The notes: generated from the letters alone by a model not told the origin. A stretch of DNA of 64,000 nucleotides from Synechococcus sp. (GCA_047284725.1 JBJBEO010000001.1:856203-920202), one strand, 5' to 3'; shown: positions 28,455-40,328, counted from the stretch's first letter. A program made the numbers and translations.

Positions 28455-31058
28455 ATGGCGGATCCAGTGGGGCCCGGCAACGGCGGTCCCGGCGAGTCCG
28501 ACGACCGGATCATCCAGACGGATTTGCGCAACGAGATGTCGCGCTCCTATCTGGAGTACGCGATGAGCGTGATCGTCGGGCGAGCCCTGCCCGATGCGCG
28601 AGACGGTTTGAAGCCTGTGCATCGCCGCATCCTTTATGCGATGTACGAGCTGGGTCTCACCAGCGATCGTCCCTACAGAAAGTGTGCCCGTGTGGTGGGT
28701 GAGGTGCTGGGTAAGTACCACCCCCACGGCGATACGGCTGTCTACGACGCCCTGGTCCGGATGGCCCAGGACTTTTCCATGTCGATGCCCCTGATCGACG
28801 GGCACGGCAACTTCGGCTCGGTCGACAACGACCCGCCGGCCGCCATGCGATACACCGAATCGCGACTGAAGGCGCTCACTACGGACAGCCTTCTCGAAGA
28901 CATCGAGGCCGAAACCGTTGATTTCGCCGACAACTTTGATGGCTCCCAGCAGGAGCCCACGGTGCTGCCCGCCAGGATTCCACAGCTGCTGCTGAATGGC
29001 TCAGCGGGTATTGCGGTGGGCATGGCCACCAACATCCCTCCCCACAATCTTGGGGAACTCATTAATGGTCTGCTGGCCCTCATCGAGAACCCGGAGCTCG
29101 AGGACGAAGAGCTCATGCGCATCATCCCCGGGCCCGACTTCCCCACCGGCGGCCAGATTCTTGGCCGTACCGGCATCCGTGAGACGTATCTCAGCGGCCG
29201 CGGTTCGGTCACCATGCGCGGCGTGGCGGCGATTGAAACGATCGAAGCTCCTGGTCGCCCTGATCGGGATGCGGTGATCATCACCGAACTGCCCTACCAA
29301 ACCAACAAGGCGGCGTTGATCGAGCGCATTGCCGAGATGGTCAATGACAAAAAACTCGAGGGCATCTCCGATATTCGCGATGAAAGCGATCGGGATGGTA
29401 TGCGCATCGTGGTGGAGCTGCGCCGGGATGCCTACCCCCAGGTGGTGCTCAACAACCTGTTCAAGCTCACGCCACTGCAGAGCAATTTCAGCGCCCACAT
29501 GCTGGCGTTGGTGAACGGGGAGCCGATCCTGCTCACCCTGCGCAGGATGTTGCAGGTGTTCCTCGACTTCCGGGTCGAGACGATCGAGCGCCGTACCCGT
29601 TATCTGCTGCGCAAAGCGGAAGAGCGCGACCACATCCTCCTCGGTCTGTTGCTGGCCCTGGATCAGCTCGATCCGATCATTGCCCTGATCCGCGCCGCTC
29701 CCGATACCGCCACCGCCAAACAGCAGCTGCAAGATCGTCACGGTCTCAGTGACATTCAAGCCGACGCCATCCTCCAGATGCAGCTGCGCCGGCTGACGGC
29801 CCTTGAGGCCGACAAGATCCGCCTTGAGCACGAAGATCTTGTCACCAAGATCGCTGACTACAAAGACATCCTTGGCCGGCGTGAGCGGGTCTTCGGCATC
29901 ATCCAGGACGAGCTCACTCAGCTGCGCGACCGCTATCCGATCGAGCGGCGCACGGAAATTCTCAATATCGCCGCTGGCCTGGAAGACATCGATCTGATCG
30001 CCAACGAGCGTTCGGTGGTTCTGCTGACCGAAACCGGTTATCTCAAACGCATGCCGGTGAGTGAGTTTGAAGCCACCAGCCGCGGCACCCGCGGCAAGGC
30101 CGGGACCCGCAGCCAGGGTGAAGAAGCCGTGAAGCTGTTCATCAGCTGCAACGACCACGACACCCTGTTGCTGTTCAGTGATCGGGGCGTGTCCTACGCC
30201 CTGCCTGCCTATCGCGTGCCCCAGTGCAGCCGTACTGCCAAGGGCACCCCGGTGGTGCAGCTCTTGCCGATTCCCCGGGAGGAAGCGATCACCACGTTGC
30301 TGGCGGTGTCGGAGTTCAGTGACGACAGCGATCTGCTGATGCTCACCAGCGGTGGTTTCATCAAGCGCACCCGTCTCTCGGCGTTCAGCAACATTCGCTC
30401 CAATGGTCTGATCGCCATCAACCTGGAAGAGGGCGATGCCCTCACCTGGGTGCGGCAGGCGGTGCCCGGCGACAGCGTGCTGATCGGCACCAAAGCCGGC
30501 ATGACCATTCACTTCCGCCTGAGCGATGAGGAGCTCCGCCCTCTTGGACGCACTGCCCGTGGTGTGCGTTCAATGAATCTCCGTGACGGCGATGCCCTTG
30601 TGAGCATGGATGTGCTGCCGGTGGAGCTGGCCGACAAGGTGGCCCAGAGCAGTGAGGATGCTGCAGACGAGGACGAGGGGGCGACAGCTGAAGGCCCCTG
30701 GGTGTTGGTGGCCTCGGCCAGTGGCCTGGGCAAACGGGTGCCTGTGACCCAGTTCCGCCTGCAGAAACGCGCCGGCATGGGTCTCCGTGGCATGAAGTTC
30801 CGCAAAGAGGGCGACGAGCTGGTGGCGTTGAGGGTCCTCGGCGCAGGGGAGGAGCTGTTGTTGGTGAGCGAAAAGGGTGTGATTGTGCGCACCAGCGCCG
30901 ATGCCATTCCGCAGCAATCCCGTGCTGCTACTGGTGTGCGACTGCAGAAGCTCGACAAAGGCGACAGCCTGCTCAAGGTGGTGCTGGTGCCGCCGGAACC
31001 GGAATCCGACGAGGAGGATGCCGACGCCCCAGAGGCCAGCGCAGAGCAGGACAACTGA
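28455..31058 (+). CDS. gyrA: DNA gyrase subunit A
   Basis: YHPHGD, AAMRYTE, GyrA box-like TSRGTRG, C-terminal pinwheel repeats. Confidence 0.97.
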   Translation: MADPVGPGNGGPGESDDRIIQTDLRNEMSRSYLEYAMSVIVGRALPDARDGLKPVHRRILYAMYELGLTSDRPYRKCARVVGEVLGKYHPHGDTAVYDALVRMAQDFSMSMPLIDGHGNFGSVDNDPPAAMRYTESRLKALTTDSLLEDIEAETVDFADNFDGSQQEPTVLPARIPQLLLNGSAGIAVGMATNIPPHNLGELINGLLALIENPELEDEELMRIIPGPDFPTGGQILGRTGIRETYLSGRGSVTMRGVAAIETIEAPGRPDRDAVIITELPYQTNKAALIERIAEMVNDKKLEGISDIRDESDRDGMRIVVELRRDAYPQVVLNNLFKLTPLQSNFSAHMLALVNGEPILLTLRRMLQVFLDFRVETIERRTRYLLRKAEERDHILLGLLLALDQLDPIIALIRAAPDTATAKQQLQDRHGLSDIQADAILQMQLRRLTALEADKIRLEHEDLVTKIADYKDILGRRERVFGIIQDELTQLRDRYPIERRTEILNIAAGLEDIDLIANERSVVLLTETGYLKRMPVSEFEATSRGTRGKAGTRSQGEEAVKLFISCNDHDTLLLFSDRGVSYALPAYRVPQCSRTAKGTPVVQLLPIPREEAITTLLAVSEFSDDSDLLMLTSGGFIKRTRLSAFSNIRSNGLIAINLEEGDALTWVRQAVPGDSVLIGTKAGMTIHFRLSDEELRPLGRTARGVRSMNLRDGDALVSMDVLPVELADKVAQSSEDAADEDEGATAEGPWVLVASASGLGKRVPVTQFRLQKRAGMGLRGMKFRKEGDELVALRVLGAGEELLLVSEKGVIVRTSADAIPQQSRAATGVRLQKLDKGDSLLKVVLVPPEPESDEEDADAPEASAEQDN

Positions 31059-31060
31059 CC

Positions 31061-32329
31061 TTGCCGGACAACTGGGCTGGCCTCGATGTGTTGGTGCTGG
31101 GGGGCGGACCTGCTGCCCTCTGCATCGCCTCGGAACTGAACCAACGGGGTGTTGCGGTGGGGGGCATCGCCCCAGATCCGGTTGATGCTCCGTGGCCGAA
31201 CACCTACGGCATCTGGGCTGACGAACTGAGGGCGGTGGGTCTCGAGCACCTCCTGGAGCACCGCTGGAGCGACACCGTCAGTTACTTCGGAGAAGGCGGA
31301 TCAACGGCTCAGGATCAGGCCACAGCCCATGGGATTGACTATGGCCTGTTTGATCGCGCGGCCCTGCAGCGGCATTGGCTTGAGCGTGGCAAAGGGGTGG
31401 TGTGGCATCAGGACACCGCTGAACGGGTGGAGGTGCGTGGATCAATGACCACCGTCACCTGCACATCCGGCGACACGTTGACGGCGCGCCTGGTGATCGA
31501 TGCCTCCGGCTCGCGCACGCCCCACATTTCTCGCCCGGATCAGGGTCCGGTGGCGGGTCAGGCGGCCTACGGCGTGGTAGGGCGTTTCTCCCAACCGCCG
31601 ATTGAGGCAGGTCGGTTTGTGTTGATGGACTATCGCTGCGATCACCTCAGCGCAGCGCAGCGCCAGGAACCCCCCACGTTCCTGTATGCGATGGATCTGG
31701 GCGATGGGGTGTTCTTCGTGGAAGAAACCTCACTCGCTTTGGCACCAGGTGTTCCCTACGAGGTGCTCAAGCAACGGCTGCAGCAGCGCTTGCATCAGCG
31801 CGGCGTGGAGATCACCGAGGTGATCCACGAGGAGTTCTGCCTCTTCCCGATGAACCTGCCGCTGCCGGATCGCCGTCAGCCCGTGCTGGCTTTCGGGAGT
31901 GCGGCGAGCATGGTGCATCCCGCCTCCGGTTACATGGTGGGGGCATTGCTGCGGCGCGGTCCTGCCCTGGCCGCAGCTGTCGCCGATGCTCTCGCGAATC
32001 CGGTTCTGAGTTCAGCAGCGTTGGCCCGTTGTGGTTGGCAGGCTCTGTGGCCCCTGGAGCTGGTGTTGCGTCATCAGCTCTATCAGTTCGGCCTGGGCCG
32101 GTTGATGGACTTCAACGCAACGCTTCTACGCACCCACTTCGCCACCTTTTTCTCCTTGCCGCGTGAAGAGTGGTTTGGCTTCCTGACCAACACCTTGCCT
32201 CTGCCACGGCTGATGGCGGTGATGCTCAGGTTGTTCGCGCTCTCTCCCTGGGAGTTGCGTAGGGGCCTAGTGCTGGGGGCAGCGTCGCAGCAGAGGCCTC
32301 GGTGGGGTGAGCTGACCGCTGACCGTTGA
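31061..32329 (+). CDS. crtL: lycopene beta-cyclase (CrtL type)
   Basis: DVLVLGGGPA, WPNTYGIW, FLYAM, FFVEETSL, VHPASGY. Confidence 0.92.
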   Translation: MPDNWAGLDVLVLGGGPAALCIASELNQRGVAVGGIAPDPVDAPWPNTYGIWADELRAVGLEHLLEHRWSDTVSYFGEGGSTAQDQATAHGIDYGLFDRAALQRHWLERGKGVVWHQDTAERVEVRGSMTTVTCTSGDTLTARLVIDASGSRTPHISRPDQGPVAGQAAYGVVGRFSQPPIEAGRFVLMDYRCDHLSAAQRQEPPTFLYAMDLGDGVFFVEETSLALAPGVPYEVLKQRLQQRLHQRGVEITEVIHEEFCLFPMNLPLPDRRQPVLAFGSAASMVHPASGYMVGALLRRGPALAAAVADALANPVLSSAALARCGWQALWPLELVLRHQLYQFGLGRLMDFNATLLRTHFATFFSLPREEWFGFLTNTLPLPRLMAVMLRLFALSPWELRRGLVLGAASQQRPRWGELTADR

Positions 32330-32335
32330 CCGCGC

Positions 32336-33910
32336 TCAGGCCTTTACCCTCACCCAATCCGCTGGCTGAATCAGCGGGAACAGGGCGTCCTCCTGCTCCA
32401 CGGCGTTGAGCCATCCCTCAGGCAGATCCTTGTCACCAGTGATGGCGCCCATCAGTTGCCAGAAGCGGTCGAGGTGGCGCTGCACCCGTTCTTTGGCCAG
32501 TTCGGTGGTGGTTCCCGATCGCAGAATGAAACTCCAATCACTTGATTGGGCGAGGAGGAGTTCGCGACCGGCTTGATGAAGAAGCCTCAGCCCCAGTTCA
32601 CTCCCCACCCCGCGGCTGCAGCGATCCACCATGGCCTCGCAGGCTTTGCTCCATTCGGGAATGATCCAGGCATTGGTGTCGTTCAGCCAGTAATCGTGAA
32701 ACCCGCCGCGGCCCCAGCTGGAGGGGCAGGGGTCACACACCTGAAGGTTGGGGGTTCCGGAGAGGGCACTGCGCAGGCTGGAGAACTGCACTCCTTCCGT
32801 TGGGCCTTGGCGGAACAGTTCTGCCAGGAACCTGGGCCCCTCGAACCACCAGTGGCCGAAGAGTTCAGCATCAAAGGGCGCCACCAGAAGTGGCTCGATG
32901 CTCATGCTGGATTGGAGATGGTCGAGCTGGAGCCGACGTCCCTGCAGGAAGTGCTGGGCATGGTGCCTGGTGCGCTCGAACGCCAGCTCCGGCTGGTAAG
33001 GCTGTTTGGCGTCCAGAGGGGCGCTCTGGTCGCTGACGCGGTGCAGCTTCAGACCGAGCGGGCGTTGCCCGGGTAAACCGTGGGCGGCAACCCGTTCAGG
33101 GGGCAAGTCCCAGCCCAGGTCACGGTGGAATTCGCGGTAAAGGGGATCACCGGGATAGCCATCTTTGGCTGACCACACCGGCAGGGTGGCATCGCTGTCA
33201 CGGCCAAAAAAAGCAACGCCGTTGCTGCTCACGATCGGGGCATAAACCCCATAGCGCGGTCTGGGTTTGGCGTGCAGCAGGCCATGGCCATCCAGGATTG
33301 CGTAGCGCAGGCCGGCATCACGCATCCAGAGATCAAGCCCTTCGTAGTAAGCGCATTCCGGTAGCCAGATGCCGAGCGGACGTTCGCCGATCAGGCGGTG
33401 GTGTTCACGCACTGCCGTGCGGAGCTGAGCGCGGACGGCTTCAGGGTGCTCCCGCAGCAGAGGTAAGTAACCGTGGGTGGCTCCGCAGGTGAGCAGATCC
33501 ACGACGCCCCTGCGCTGCAGGGCGGCGAAGCGGCCGATCAGGTCGCCTTCACAGGCCTGCCAGTTGGCGAGATGTCGCCGAATCGTCTGATCCAGATGCT
33601 CGGCGGCTTCGCGACGATCGCTGGGGGCTTCCTGGAGAAGGCCAAGCCGAGCTTCGAGCCAAGCGGGAAAGCGTTGCTGAAGCGTGGAGTCGGCGAGCAG
33701 GGACAACAGGGTGGGCGATGTGCCCATGGTCAGCTGGGGCTGCTGGCGTGGATCGGCCGCTGCTGCCTCAAGGGTCTCCAGGAGCGGCAGGTAACACTCG
33801 ATCAGGGCCTGAAAGAACCAGTCTTCCTCGAGGGAATTCGGCTCGCTGCCACGGACGTAGGGCAAATGGGCATGGAGAACAAGAGCCAGTGCTCCGTGAC
33901 TCACATCCAC
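32336..33910 (-). CDS. glycoside hydrolase family 57 (branching enzyme-like)
   Basis: [46 protein letters not shown]. Confidence 0.93.
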   Translation of the reverse strand: MDVSHGALALVLHAHLPYVRGSEPNSLEEDWFFQALIECYLPLLETLEAAAADPRQQPQLTMGTSPTLLSLLADSTLQQRFPAWLEARLGLLQEAPSDRREAAEHLDQTIRRHLANWQACEGDLIGRFAALQRRGVVDLLTCGATHGYLPLLREHPEAVRAQLRTAVREHHRLIGERPLGIWLPECAYYEGLDLWMRDAGLRYAILDGHGLLHAKPRPRYGVYAPIVSSNGVAFFGRDSDATLPVWSAKDGYPGDPLYREFHRDLGWDLPPERVAAHGLPGQRPLGLKLHRVSDQSAPLDAKQPYQPELAFERTRHHAQHFLQGRRLQLDHLQSSMSIEPLLVAPFDAELFGHWWFEGPRFLAELFRQGPTEGVQFSSLRSALSGTPNLQVCDPCPSSWGRGGFHDYWLNDTNAWIIPEWSKACEAMVDRCSRGVGSELGLRLLHQAGRELLLAQSSDWSFILRSGTTTELAKERVQRHLDRFWQLMGAITGDKDLPEGWLNAVEQEDALFPLIQPADWVRVKA

Positions 33911-34031
33911 TCCCCATCCATCGCACGAATGTACTGGTATTTCCGGTCCTGATCGCAGGATTGGCGGCGGCCTCTCGCTTAGACTGGGCTATCTCATAGT
34001 CAATCCGACTAGCGCCCCTCTCGAGGTTGCC

Positions 34032-35657
34032 ATGGCCAAGGACCCCGGCCGCGTCTTGATCTTCGACACCACCCTCAGGGATGGTGAGCAGTCTCCTGGA
34101 GCCAGCCTCAATCTGGAGGAGAAGCTGGCGATTGCCCAGCAGCTGGCGCGCCTTGGGGTGGACGTGATCGAAGCGGGTTTCCCTTTTGCAAGCCCCGGAG
34201 ACTTTGCTGCCGTGCAGCGCATTGCCCAGCAGGTGGGCGGTGAGACCGGTCCGATCATTTGTGGCCTGGCCAGAGCATCACGCGCTGATATCAAGGCCTG
34301 TGCTGATGCGGTGGCTCCGGCTCCCCGTCGTCGTATCCACACCTTCATCGCCACCAGTGACATTCACCTCAAGCACAAGCTGCGCAAAAGCAGGCAGGAG
34401 GTGCTGGCGATCGTGCCTGACATGGTTGCCTATGCCCGCTCCCTCGTTGATGACGTGGAGTTCTCCTGTGAAGACGCTGGTCGTAGTGATCCCGAGTTCC
34501 TCTACGACGTGATCGAGGCGGCGATCGCCGCCGGAGCAAGCACCATCAACATCCCCGACACCGTTGGCTACACCACCCCCTCGGAGTTCGGCGGCCTGAT
34601 CACCGGGATCGACCAGCATGTGCCCAACATCGATGAAGCTGTGCTGTCGGTGCATGGTCATAACGACCTGGGCCTGGCGGTGGCCAACTTCCTTGAAGCC
34701 GTCAAAGGTGGCGCTCGCCAGTTGGAATGCACGATCAACGGCATCGGCGAGAGGGCGGGGAACGCGGCTCTCGAAGAGCTGGTGATGGCGTTGCATGTGC
34801 GCCGTCGCTATTTCAATCCCTTTTTCGGGCGTGAGGACGACTCCCCCACGCCCCTCACCGCTGTGCGCACCGAGGAAATCACCAAGACCTCGCGTCTGGT
34901 GTCAAATCTCACCGGCATGGTGGTGCAGCCCAACAAGGCGATTGTGGGAGCGAATGCGTTTGCCCACGAGTCGGGGATTCATCAGGACGGTGTCCTCAAA
35001 AACCGCCTGACTTATGAAATCGTCGATGCCCAGACGGTGGGCCTCAGCGACAACCGGATCTCTCTGGGCAAGCTCAGTGGCCGTAGCGCGGTGCGGGCAC
35101 GGCTTGAAGAACTCGGCTACGACCTCAGTCGCGATGATCTGGATGAGGCCTTTGCCCGTTTCAAGGATCTGGCCGACCGAAAGAGAGAAATCACCGATCG
35201 GGATCTCGAAGCGATCGTGAGTGAACAGGTGCAGCAGCCGGAAGCCCGCTACCAGCTCAAGCTGGTGCAGGTGAGCTGTGGCAGCAGCCTCCAGCCCACG
35301 GCCACGGTCACCCTTGCTGATGAGGATGGTCAGGAGCAAACAACCGCTGCGATTGGCACCGGCCCTGTCGATGCCGTCTGCCAGGCGTTGAATGCCCTCG
35401 CCGGTGAGCCCAATGAACTGGTGGAATTCTCTGTGAAGTCAGTGACCGAAGGCATCGATGCCATCGGAGAAGTGACGATTCGCCTGCGTCGTGATGGACA
35501 GCTGTTCTCCGGCCATGCCGCTGACACCGATGTGGTGGTGGCTGCGGCCCAGGCGTTCGTGAATGCCCTCAACCGCTTGGTGGCAGTCCAGCACCAGCAG
35601 CCCATTCATCCCCAGCGCGATGCTGCCGATGTCGCGGCAGCCCGCCCCAGCCTCTGA
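34032..35657 (+). CDS. leuA: 2-isopropylmalate synthase
   Basis: [37 protein letters not shown]. Confidence 0.97.
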   Translation: MAKDPGRVLIFDTTLRDGEQSPGASLNLEEKLAIAQQLARLGVDVIEAGFPFASPGDFAAVQRIAQQVGGETGPIICGLARASRADIKACADAVAPAPRRRIHTFIATSDIHLKHKLRKSRQEVLAIVPDMVAYARSLVDDVEFSCEDAGRSDPEFLYDVIEAAIAAGASTINIPDTVGYTTPSEFGGLITGIDQHVPNIDEAVLSVHGHNDLGLAVANFLEAVKGGARQLECTINGIGERAGNAALEELVMALHVRRRYFNPFFGREDDSPTPLTAVRTEEITKTSRLVSNLTGMVVQPNKAIVGANAFAHESGIHQDGVLKNRLTYEIVDAQTVGLSDNRISLGKLSGRSAVRARLEELGYDLSRDDLDEAFARFKDLADRKREITDRDLEAIVSEQVQQPEARYQLKLVQVSCGSSLQPTATVTLADEDGQEQTTAAIGTGPVDAVCQALNALAGEPNELVEFSVKSVTEGIDAIGEVTIRLRRDGQLFSGHAADTDVVVAAAQAFVNALNRLVAVQHQQPIHPQRDAADVAAARPSL

Positions 35658-35660
35658 GTG

Positions 35661-36497
35661 ATGTCAGCTTCTGTGCGTGCCAGGGCCAGCGCGATCCTGC
35701 AGCTTCTGCTCTTGATCCTCTTGGCTCTGGTGGTGCTGGTGCCGTTGCTCTGGTTGGTGAGCACGTCCCTCAAGGGTCCGGCTGAAGACATCTTCAGTTC
35801 ACCGCCAGCACTGTTGCCTTCGCAGCCAAGTCTGAATGCCTACGTTCAGGTGTTTGGCTCCAATCCGCTTGGGACTTATCTCCTCAACAGCACGATCGTG
35901 AGTGGATTGGCCGTGACGGCCAATCTGTTGTTCTGTTCTCTGGCTGCCTACCCGCTGGCGCGGATGCGCTTCAAGGGGCGCGGCTTCGTGCTGGCGCTGG
36001 TGGTGGCCACGATCCTCATCCCTTTCCAGGTGGTGATGATCCCCCTCTACCTGTTGATGGTGCAGCTGGGTTTACGCAATACCCTGATGGCTCTGGTGAT
36101 CCCTCAGGCTGCCACGGCCTTTGGCTTGTATTTATTGCGCCAGAGCTTTCTGGCCGTGCCGGTGGAGTTGGAGGAGGCAGCACGAATCGATGGCTGCAGC
36201 AAGCTCGGTGAATGGTGGAACGTGATGATTCCTGCCGCCCGGGCCGATCTGATCACCCTGGGAATGTTTGTGTTTATCGGCACCTGGAGTGACTTCCTCT
36301 GGCCTCTTGTCATCGTTGACGACCCAGCGCTCTACACCCTGCCCATCGGCTTGCAGCAGCTGGCCAGCAGTTTTTCGCTGGATTGGCGCCTTGTGGCAGC
36401 AGGTTCGGTGGTGTCGATCCTGCCGGTGTTGGTGTTGTTTGTGGTTTTGCAGCGTTTCATCCTCCCCAGCGCCAGCAGTGATGCGGTGAAGGGTTGA
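35661..36497 (+). CDS. carbohydrate ABC transporter permease
   Basis: Six TM segments, ELEEAARIDG EAA motif. Confidence 0.92.
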   Translation: MSASVRARASAILQLLLLILLALVVLVPLLWLVSTSLKGPAEDIFSSPPALLPSQPSLNAYVQVFGSNPLGTYLLNSTIVSGLAVTANLLFCSLAAYPLARMRFKGRGFVLALVVATILIPFQVVMIPLYLLMVQLGLRNTLMALVIPQAATAFGLYLLRQSFLAVPVELEEAARIDGCSKLGEWWNVMIPAARADLITLGMFVFIGTWSDFLWPLVIVDDPALYTLPIGLQQLASSFSLDWRLVAAGSVVSILPVLVLFVVLQRFILPSASSDAVKG

Positions 36498-36498
36498 T

Positions 36499-36858
36499 TC
36501 AGGGACTCTGCGTCAGCGGTGTTGTTGGTGTGATCTCGAAGGGATCTGGTTCAGGGGTGGGCTGAAGAAGGTTCTGTTCCAGCCGGAGCTGATCGCTGTG
36601 TTGCTGAGCGGTGCGGCTGATCCGATCCTCCAGCTCCCGTTGGTTGTTCTGCACCTGCTTGAGCTGTTGCGCCAGGAGTTCAGTGCTGACGGATGGATTG
36701 TCCTGGAGGGTTTGTTCGACATCGCTGAGCCGTTGCTGCAACTTGTTGATGCTGGTGGTCTGTTCGCCAATCGCTTGCCAAAAAACAACGAACAGAACGC
36801 TGAGCATGCTCATGCCCGTCACGGGGATCAACATCAAGGCCGCCTGTCTCCACTGCAT
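36499..36858 (-). CDS. hypothetical membrane-anchored coiled-coil protein
   Basis: TM helix followed by Gln-rich heptads. Confidence 0.65.
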   Translation of the reverse strand: MQWRQAALMLIPVTGMSMLSVLFVVFWQAIGEQTTSINKLQQRLSDVEQTLQDNPSVSTELLAQQLKQVQNNQRELEDRISRTAQQHSDQLRLEQNLLQPTPEPDPFEITPTTPLTQSP

Positions 36859-36929
36859 GGGCCTCAGCCGATCTCCGCCAGTGGTAGCAGGCACCGCGTC
36901 AGGATGGAACCCATCGCATAAATGGGTTG

Positions 36930-37175
36930 ATGGCGCTTGCCGATTTGGATCAGTTGCTGGCGTTGCGCAACAGCGATCAGGCCCTGGCGGAACGCATGGA
37001 GGGCCCCCTTGATCTGGAGGAGCTGATCGCGCTTGCCGCGGAGCGGGGTCTCGAGGTGTCGGAGTCCGATGTTTTTGAGGCTCAGCGGCGCGAACAGCAG
37101 AGGCGCTCGGCCACTGAGCTGCAACAGGATGCGGCTCAAGAGTCGCGCCGGTTGCGCCATTTCATTCAGGGCTGA
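36930..37175 (+). CDS. Nif11-like domain small protein
   Basis: LDQLL...DQALAERM...LEELIALAAERGLEVSESDV Nif11-type pattern. Confidence 0.7.
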   Translation: MALADLDQLLALRNSDQALAERMEGPLDLEELIALAAERGLEVSESDVFEAQRREQQRRSATELQQDAAQESRRLRHFIQG

Positions 37176-37388
37176 TCAGCGCAGCATCACCACATCCGGT
37201 GTGACGCCAAGAATCTGACCGATCCAGATGGCGTGGGTCACGGCACCTTCATGGGTGTGAAAGGTCCAGGCCTGTTGCGGTGATGTGACGGTTTCGATGC
37301 GTTCATCGTCGCCCGTCACTCTCAGATAGGCCCCAGCCCGGGGACAGCGGAGCACGAAACGCTCGAAGGCAAAGGTGGAAATCCCCAT
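37176..37388 (-). CDS. small hypothetical protein
   Basis: 70-aa ORF abutting its neighbour; AWTFHTHEGAVTHA. Confidence 0.65.
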   Translation of the reverse strand: MGISTFAFERFVLRCPRAGAYLRVTGDDERIETVTSPQQAWTFHTHEGAVTHAIWIGQILGVTPDVVMLR

Positions 37389-37485
37389 GATCGTTCTCGC
37401 TGAGACTCACTCCTGCCATAGCGGTCTACTGGCAGGGTCCCTGGGTCATGACCGGATTTTCTCCAGGTCTGTGATGCGGCTGGTC

Positions 37486-37929
37486 TCAGCCCGAGGCTGT
37501 CTCGCTGGTTGGCATCGGTGAGCTTCGGATCCACTGCAGTCCGTTCGGTGCCACAAGGGTGCTCTGGTGGCCGCCCTCACGAAACCAGCTCCCTTCACGA
37601 GGTTGAAGCGCCGGAAGGTCCATGTCCCACTGTTGGCGGAAGTAGGCCCGTTCGGCGTCTTGGCTGGCGGGGGAAGAGTGACGCCAGTGCACCAGCGTGA
37701 GTTCAATCGCTTGGATTGACACCACGGCCAGGCGTTCTCCCTCGCTGCTACCGGCAACGATCTGCTCGTCCACGTTTTCCTGGCTGATGAACAGCCTGAG
37801 CCTGCTGCTGGTGTCGCGGCCGTCGAGTGGATACTTGCTGAGGTACAGCGAACGTGCCCGTTTGAACAAGGCAGATGGCGCTCGTTGCATCAGGCTTTCA
37901 AAGGCCTGTTGAAGCCTGGTGCTTGGCAT
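37486..37929 (-). CDS. hypothetical protein
   Basis: ATG at 37929: MPSTRLQQAFESLMQRAP..FKRARSLYLSKYPLDG; the 3' part of a longer track ORF. Confidence 0.7.
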   Translation of the reverse strand: MPSTRLQQAFESLMQRAPSALFKRARSLYLSKYPLDGRDTSSRLRLFISQENVDEQIVAGSSEGERLAVVSIQAIELTLVHWRHSSPASQDAERAYFRQQWDMDLPALQPREGSWFREGGHQSTLVAPNGLQWIRSSPMPTSETASG

Positions 37930-37977
37930 CGGCACGGTGACCTGAGTGATACTGGTGACAGTTTGCCGTCTGGACCA

Positions 37978-38214
37978 GTGGGAGAGCGTCGTCGGCTTCG
38001 CTATCGACTCGTTGCACTGGATGGCAGCCCCCATCCTGTGCTCGACGCTCCCTATGAGTCGATGGAAGCGGCGGCGGCGGCGGCGCAGCGTTGGTGTACG
38101 GGGCAGGGGCGCCAGTTGGCGATGGGGGACAACGGAATTGGCGTGGAGGTGCAGACCAGCTGTGGTGCATGGCGTACGGTCGACTACCCCCTCAGTTGCC
38201 TGCGATCCCGCTAG
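37978..38214 (+). CDS. small hypothetical protein
   Basis: RYRLVALDGSPHPVLDAPYES...IGVEVQTSCGAWRT. Start uncertain. Confidence 0.65.
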   Translation: MGERRRLRYRLVALDGSPHPVLDAPYESMEAAAAAAQRWCTGQGRQLAMGDNGIGVEVQTSCGAWRTVDYPLSCLRSR

Positions 38215-38240
38215 ACCAGGGCTGCGAGTGGCTGGCTGTG

Positions 38241-38549
38241 ATGTGGGTGAGCGTGGATCTGTGTGTGGTGCCCCTGGGGGTGGGCGTGTCGTTGGCTCCC
38301 TATGTGGCGGCCTGTCAGCGCGAGATTGAGCGGGCTGGCCTGGAGCATGAGCTCGGCCCCAACGGCACGGCGATTGAGGGTGACTGGGATGCGGTGTTCG
38401 CCTGTGTGCAGGCCTGTCACGCCGCGGTGCATGCCCTAGGAGCCCCTCGGGTCTACACCACGCTGAAGCTGAACACCCGCACCGATCGGCAGCAGAGCTT
38501 CCGCGACAAGGTGGCCAGTGTCCAGGCCGCATCGGACGCTCGTCCCTAA
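38241..38549 (+). CDS. MTH1187/YkoF thiamine-binding family protein
   Basis: VDLCVVPLG..SLAPYV, GPNGTAIEGDWD, RTDR..KV. Confidence 0.9.
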   Translation: MWVSVDLCVVPLGVGVSLAPYVAACQREIERAGLEHELGPNGTAIEGDWDAVFACVQACHAAVHALGAPRVYTTLKLNTRTDRQQSFRDKVASVQAASDARP

Positions 38550-38653
38550 GGAGGGGTTGGCGTTCTCGAGGCTTGAAAACCGGAGAACTTCCAACGAAAT
38601 GAGGCCCAATCCCCTGACAACGGGTCCAATGAGACCAGGAATGGGATCAATGA

Positions 38654-39172
38654 ATGGTGAGGTTTCGTTCCTTTGGACTGCCCTTGGCGCTGGGGTTGAT
38701 TCTTGGTGTGGGGGCTGGTCCTGAGGTCAGGGCTGAAACCTGGGATCGCATCGGCAGCTTTGCGGCCACGCTCCGTCGGGCGGGCACGTCCACGCTCGTG
38801 GCTCGCGATTGCCCAAGCAGTCTTCTTGGTGCTTTCCACTCCCAACGCAATGCTCTGCTGATCTGTGCCAACAATCTCCCCAATGATCCGGTGGAGATTT
38901 GGGGGGTGTTGGCCCATGAGGCCGCCCATGTGATGCAGCACTGTCGGGGCGGGCCGCTGCTCGTTGATGGCCAGCTTGAACGCGCGATCGCCCGGGTGCA
39001 GGCCAGATCGCCACAGATTTTGAAGGAGCTGAAGCTTTATCACCGCAGCCAGTATCGCGATGAAGTGGAGGCACGCCTGGTTCAGACGCTGCCTGCCGAC
39101 CAGGTGGAGGCTCTCTTCGCACGGTTCTGCGCTGATCGCCTTGCTTCCCCCTTGGAGGACCCAGCTCTCTAG
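38654..39172 (+). CDS. secreted hypothetical protein with HExxH motif
   Basis: Signal peptide, VLAHEAAHVMQ, downstream EVEA. Confidence 0.75.
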   Translation: MVRFRSFGLPLALGLILGVGAGPEVRAETWDRIGSFAATLRRAGTSTLVARDCPSSLLGAFHSQRNALLICANNLPNDPVEIWGVLAHEAAHVMQHCRGGPLLVDGQLERAIARVQARSPQILKELKLYHRSQYRDEVEARLVQTLPADQVEALFARFCADRLASPLEDPAL

Positions 39173-39247
39173 GGGAGCGACGCCTCCGTCGTCAGGCGAC
39201 TGAAGCCGCGCTTCTACCGTGTGGTGGCGAAGATCGGGCCGGCAGCC

Positions 39248-39652
39248 ATGAACACCAGTGTGCGCGGTTATTGGACCATGACCTGGTTGGGGTTGGTGGG
39301 CAATGTGCTCGCCCTGCCTCTGATCGCCTGGTTTGCCTTTTTCACCCCTGAGGCCTTCAGGGTCGCCAATGTCAGCCTGGCGTTTGCATTGGCCTGGCCC
39401 GCTGCGGTGGTGGGGATCGTGGCGTCGGCCGGGTTGTTGGCGGCGCGCCGCTGGGGCTCCGTCGTGGCGCTCGTGGCCTTGTCGATGGCCCTGGCGGCCT
39501 CTCTTCCCTACGGCATCGTGCGTTTTGCGCTGTATTGGATCGGCGGTGATGCCTGGTCGATGGGTGCCATCGCCGTCCTGTTGGCGCTCTTGAATCTGCT
39601 GGCGTTGCTGTACTGGTGCCAGCCCTCGTTGCGTCGGGGTGGGCCGCTCTAA
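39248..39652 (+). CDS. hypothetical membrane protein
   Basis: Four hydrophobic helices; ATG at 39248. Confidence 0.75.
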   Translation: MNTSVRGYWTMTWLGLVGNVLALPLIAWFAFFTPEAFRVANVSLAFALAWPAAVVGIVASAGLLAARRWGSVVALVALSMALAASLPYGIVRFALYWIGGDAWSMGAIAVLLALLNLLALLYWCQPSLRRGGPL

Positions 39653-40300
39653 ATGCCCAGTCTTGGCGGCTGTCCTTTGCTGTACAGCGATCCATGGCTG
39701 CTGGTGGTGGACAAACCGGCGGGTTTGCTCTGTCAGCCGGGTCTTGGCCCTGCACTGGCCGATTCCTTGATCAGTCGTCTGCAGCTTGAGGAGCCGGGCT
39801 TGCGCTTGATTCATCGCCTCGATCGCGACACGTCAGGTCTGCTGCTGGTGGCTCGCTGTGCTGAGGCCTTGTCGACCTTCAGCACAGCCTTCGCTCACCG
39901 CCGCATTCACAAGTTGTATGTGGCTGATGTTTGTGCTGATCCGCCTGCCCTCTCTGGTGTTGTGGATGCTCCCTTGGCGCGGTTGCAGCGCTCACCGCCC
40001 CGCTATGGGCCCCATCCCCAGGGGCGTCCCAGTCGGACGCGCTGGCGTTCCTGGGCTTGGTCCAATGGTGGCCGGCGGCTGTGGCTTCAACCCCTCACAG
40101 GTCGGTCTCATCAGTTGCGGGCCCACCTTGCTGACCTGGCTTGCCCGATTCAGGGGGATCCGATCTATGGCTGCACTGGCGAGCCCTGCGCATCGGGGCG
40201 CATGCATCTGCACGCCACAGCCCTGAGTCTGCGCCATCCCTTCAGTGGTGAACGGTTGCGATGCCGCAGTGAAGTGCCGTTTCGGCGCTTACCGGTGTGA
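39653..40300 (+). CDS. RluA family pseudouridine synthase
   Basis: DKPAGL, HRLDRDTSG, TGRSHQLRAH, GDPIYG, LHA. Confidence 0.95.
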   Translation: MPSLGGCPLLYSDPWLLVVDKPAGLLCQPGLGPALADSLISRLQLEEPGLRLIHRLDRDTSGLLLVARCAEALSTFSTAFAHRRIHKLYVADVCADPPALSGVVDAPLARLQRSPPRYGPHPQGRPSRTRWRSWAWSNGGRRLWLQPLTGRSHQLRAHLADLACPIQGDPIYGCTGEPCASGRMHLHATALSLRHPFSGERLRCRSEVPFRRLPV

Positions 40301-40328
40301 TGAGTGAGTCAGCGTTGTGTCTGATCCT

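Noticed and set aside
36930..37175. Nif11-like protein as the RiPP precursor for the island's radical SAM/prenyltransferase-like operon
   Set aside because: It lies more than 10 kb away in host-like core DNA and has no Gly-Gly cleavage motif followed by a Cys/Ser/Thr- or aromatic-rich core; nothing links it to the island.
37630..37670. GGCGGAAGTAGG resembling the glutamine (glnA/downstream-peptide) riboswitch core
   Set aside because: It lies inside a coding region on the opposite strand and the flanking conserved stems are missing.
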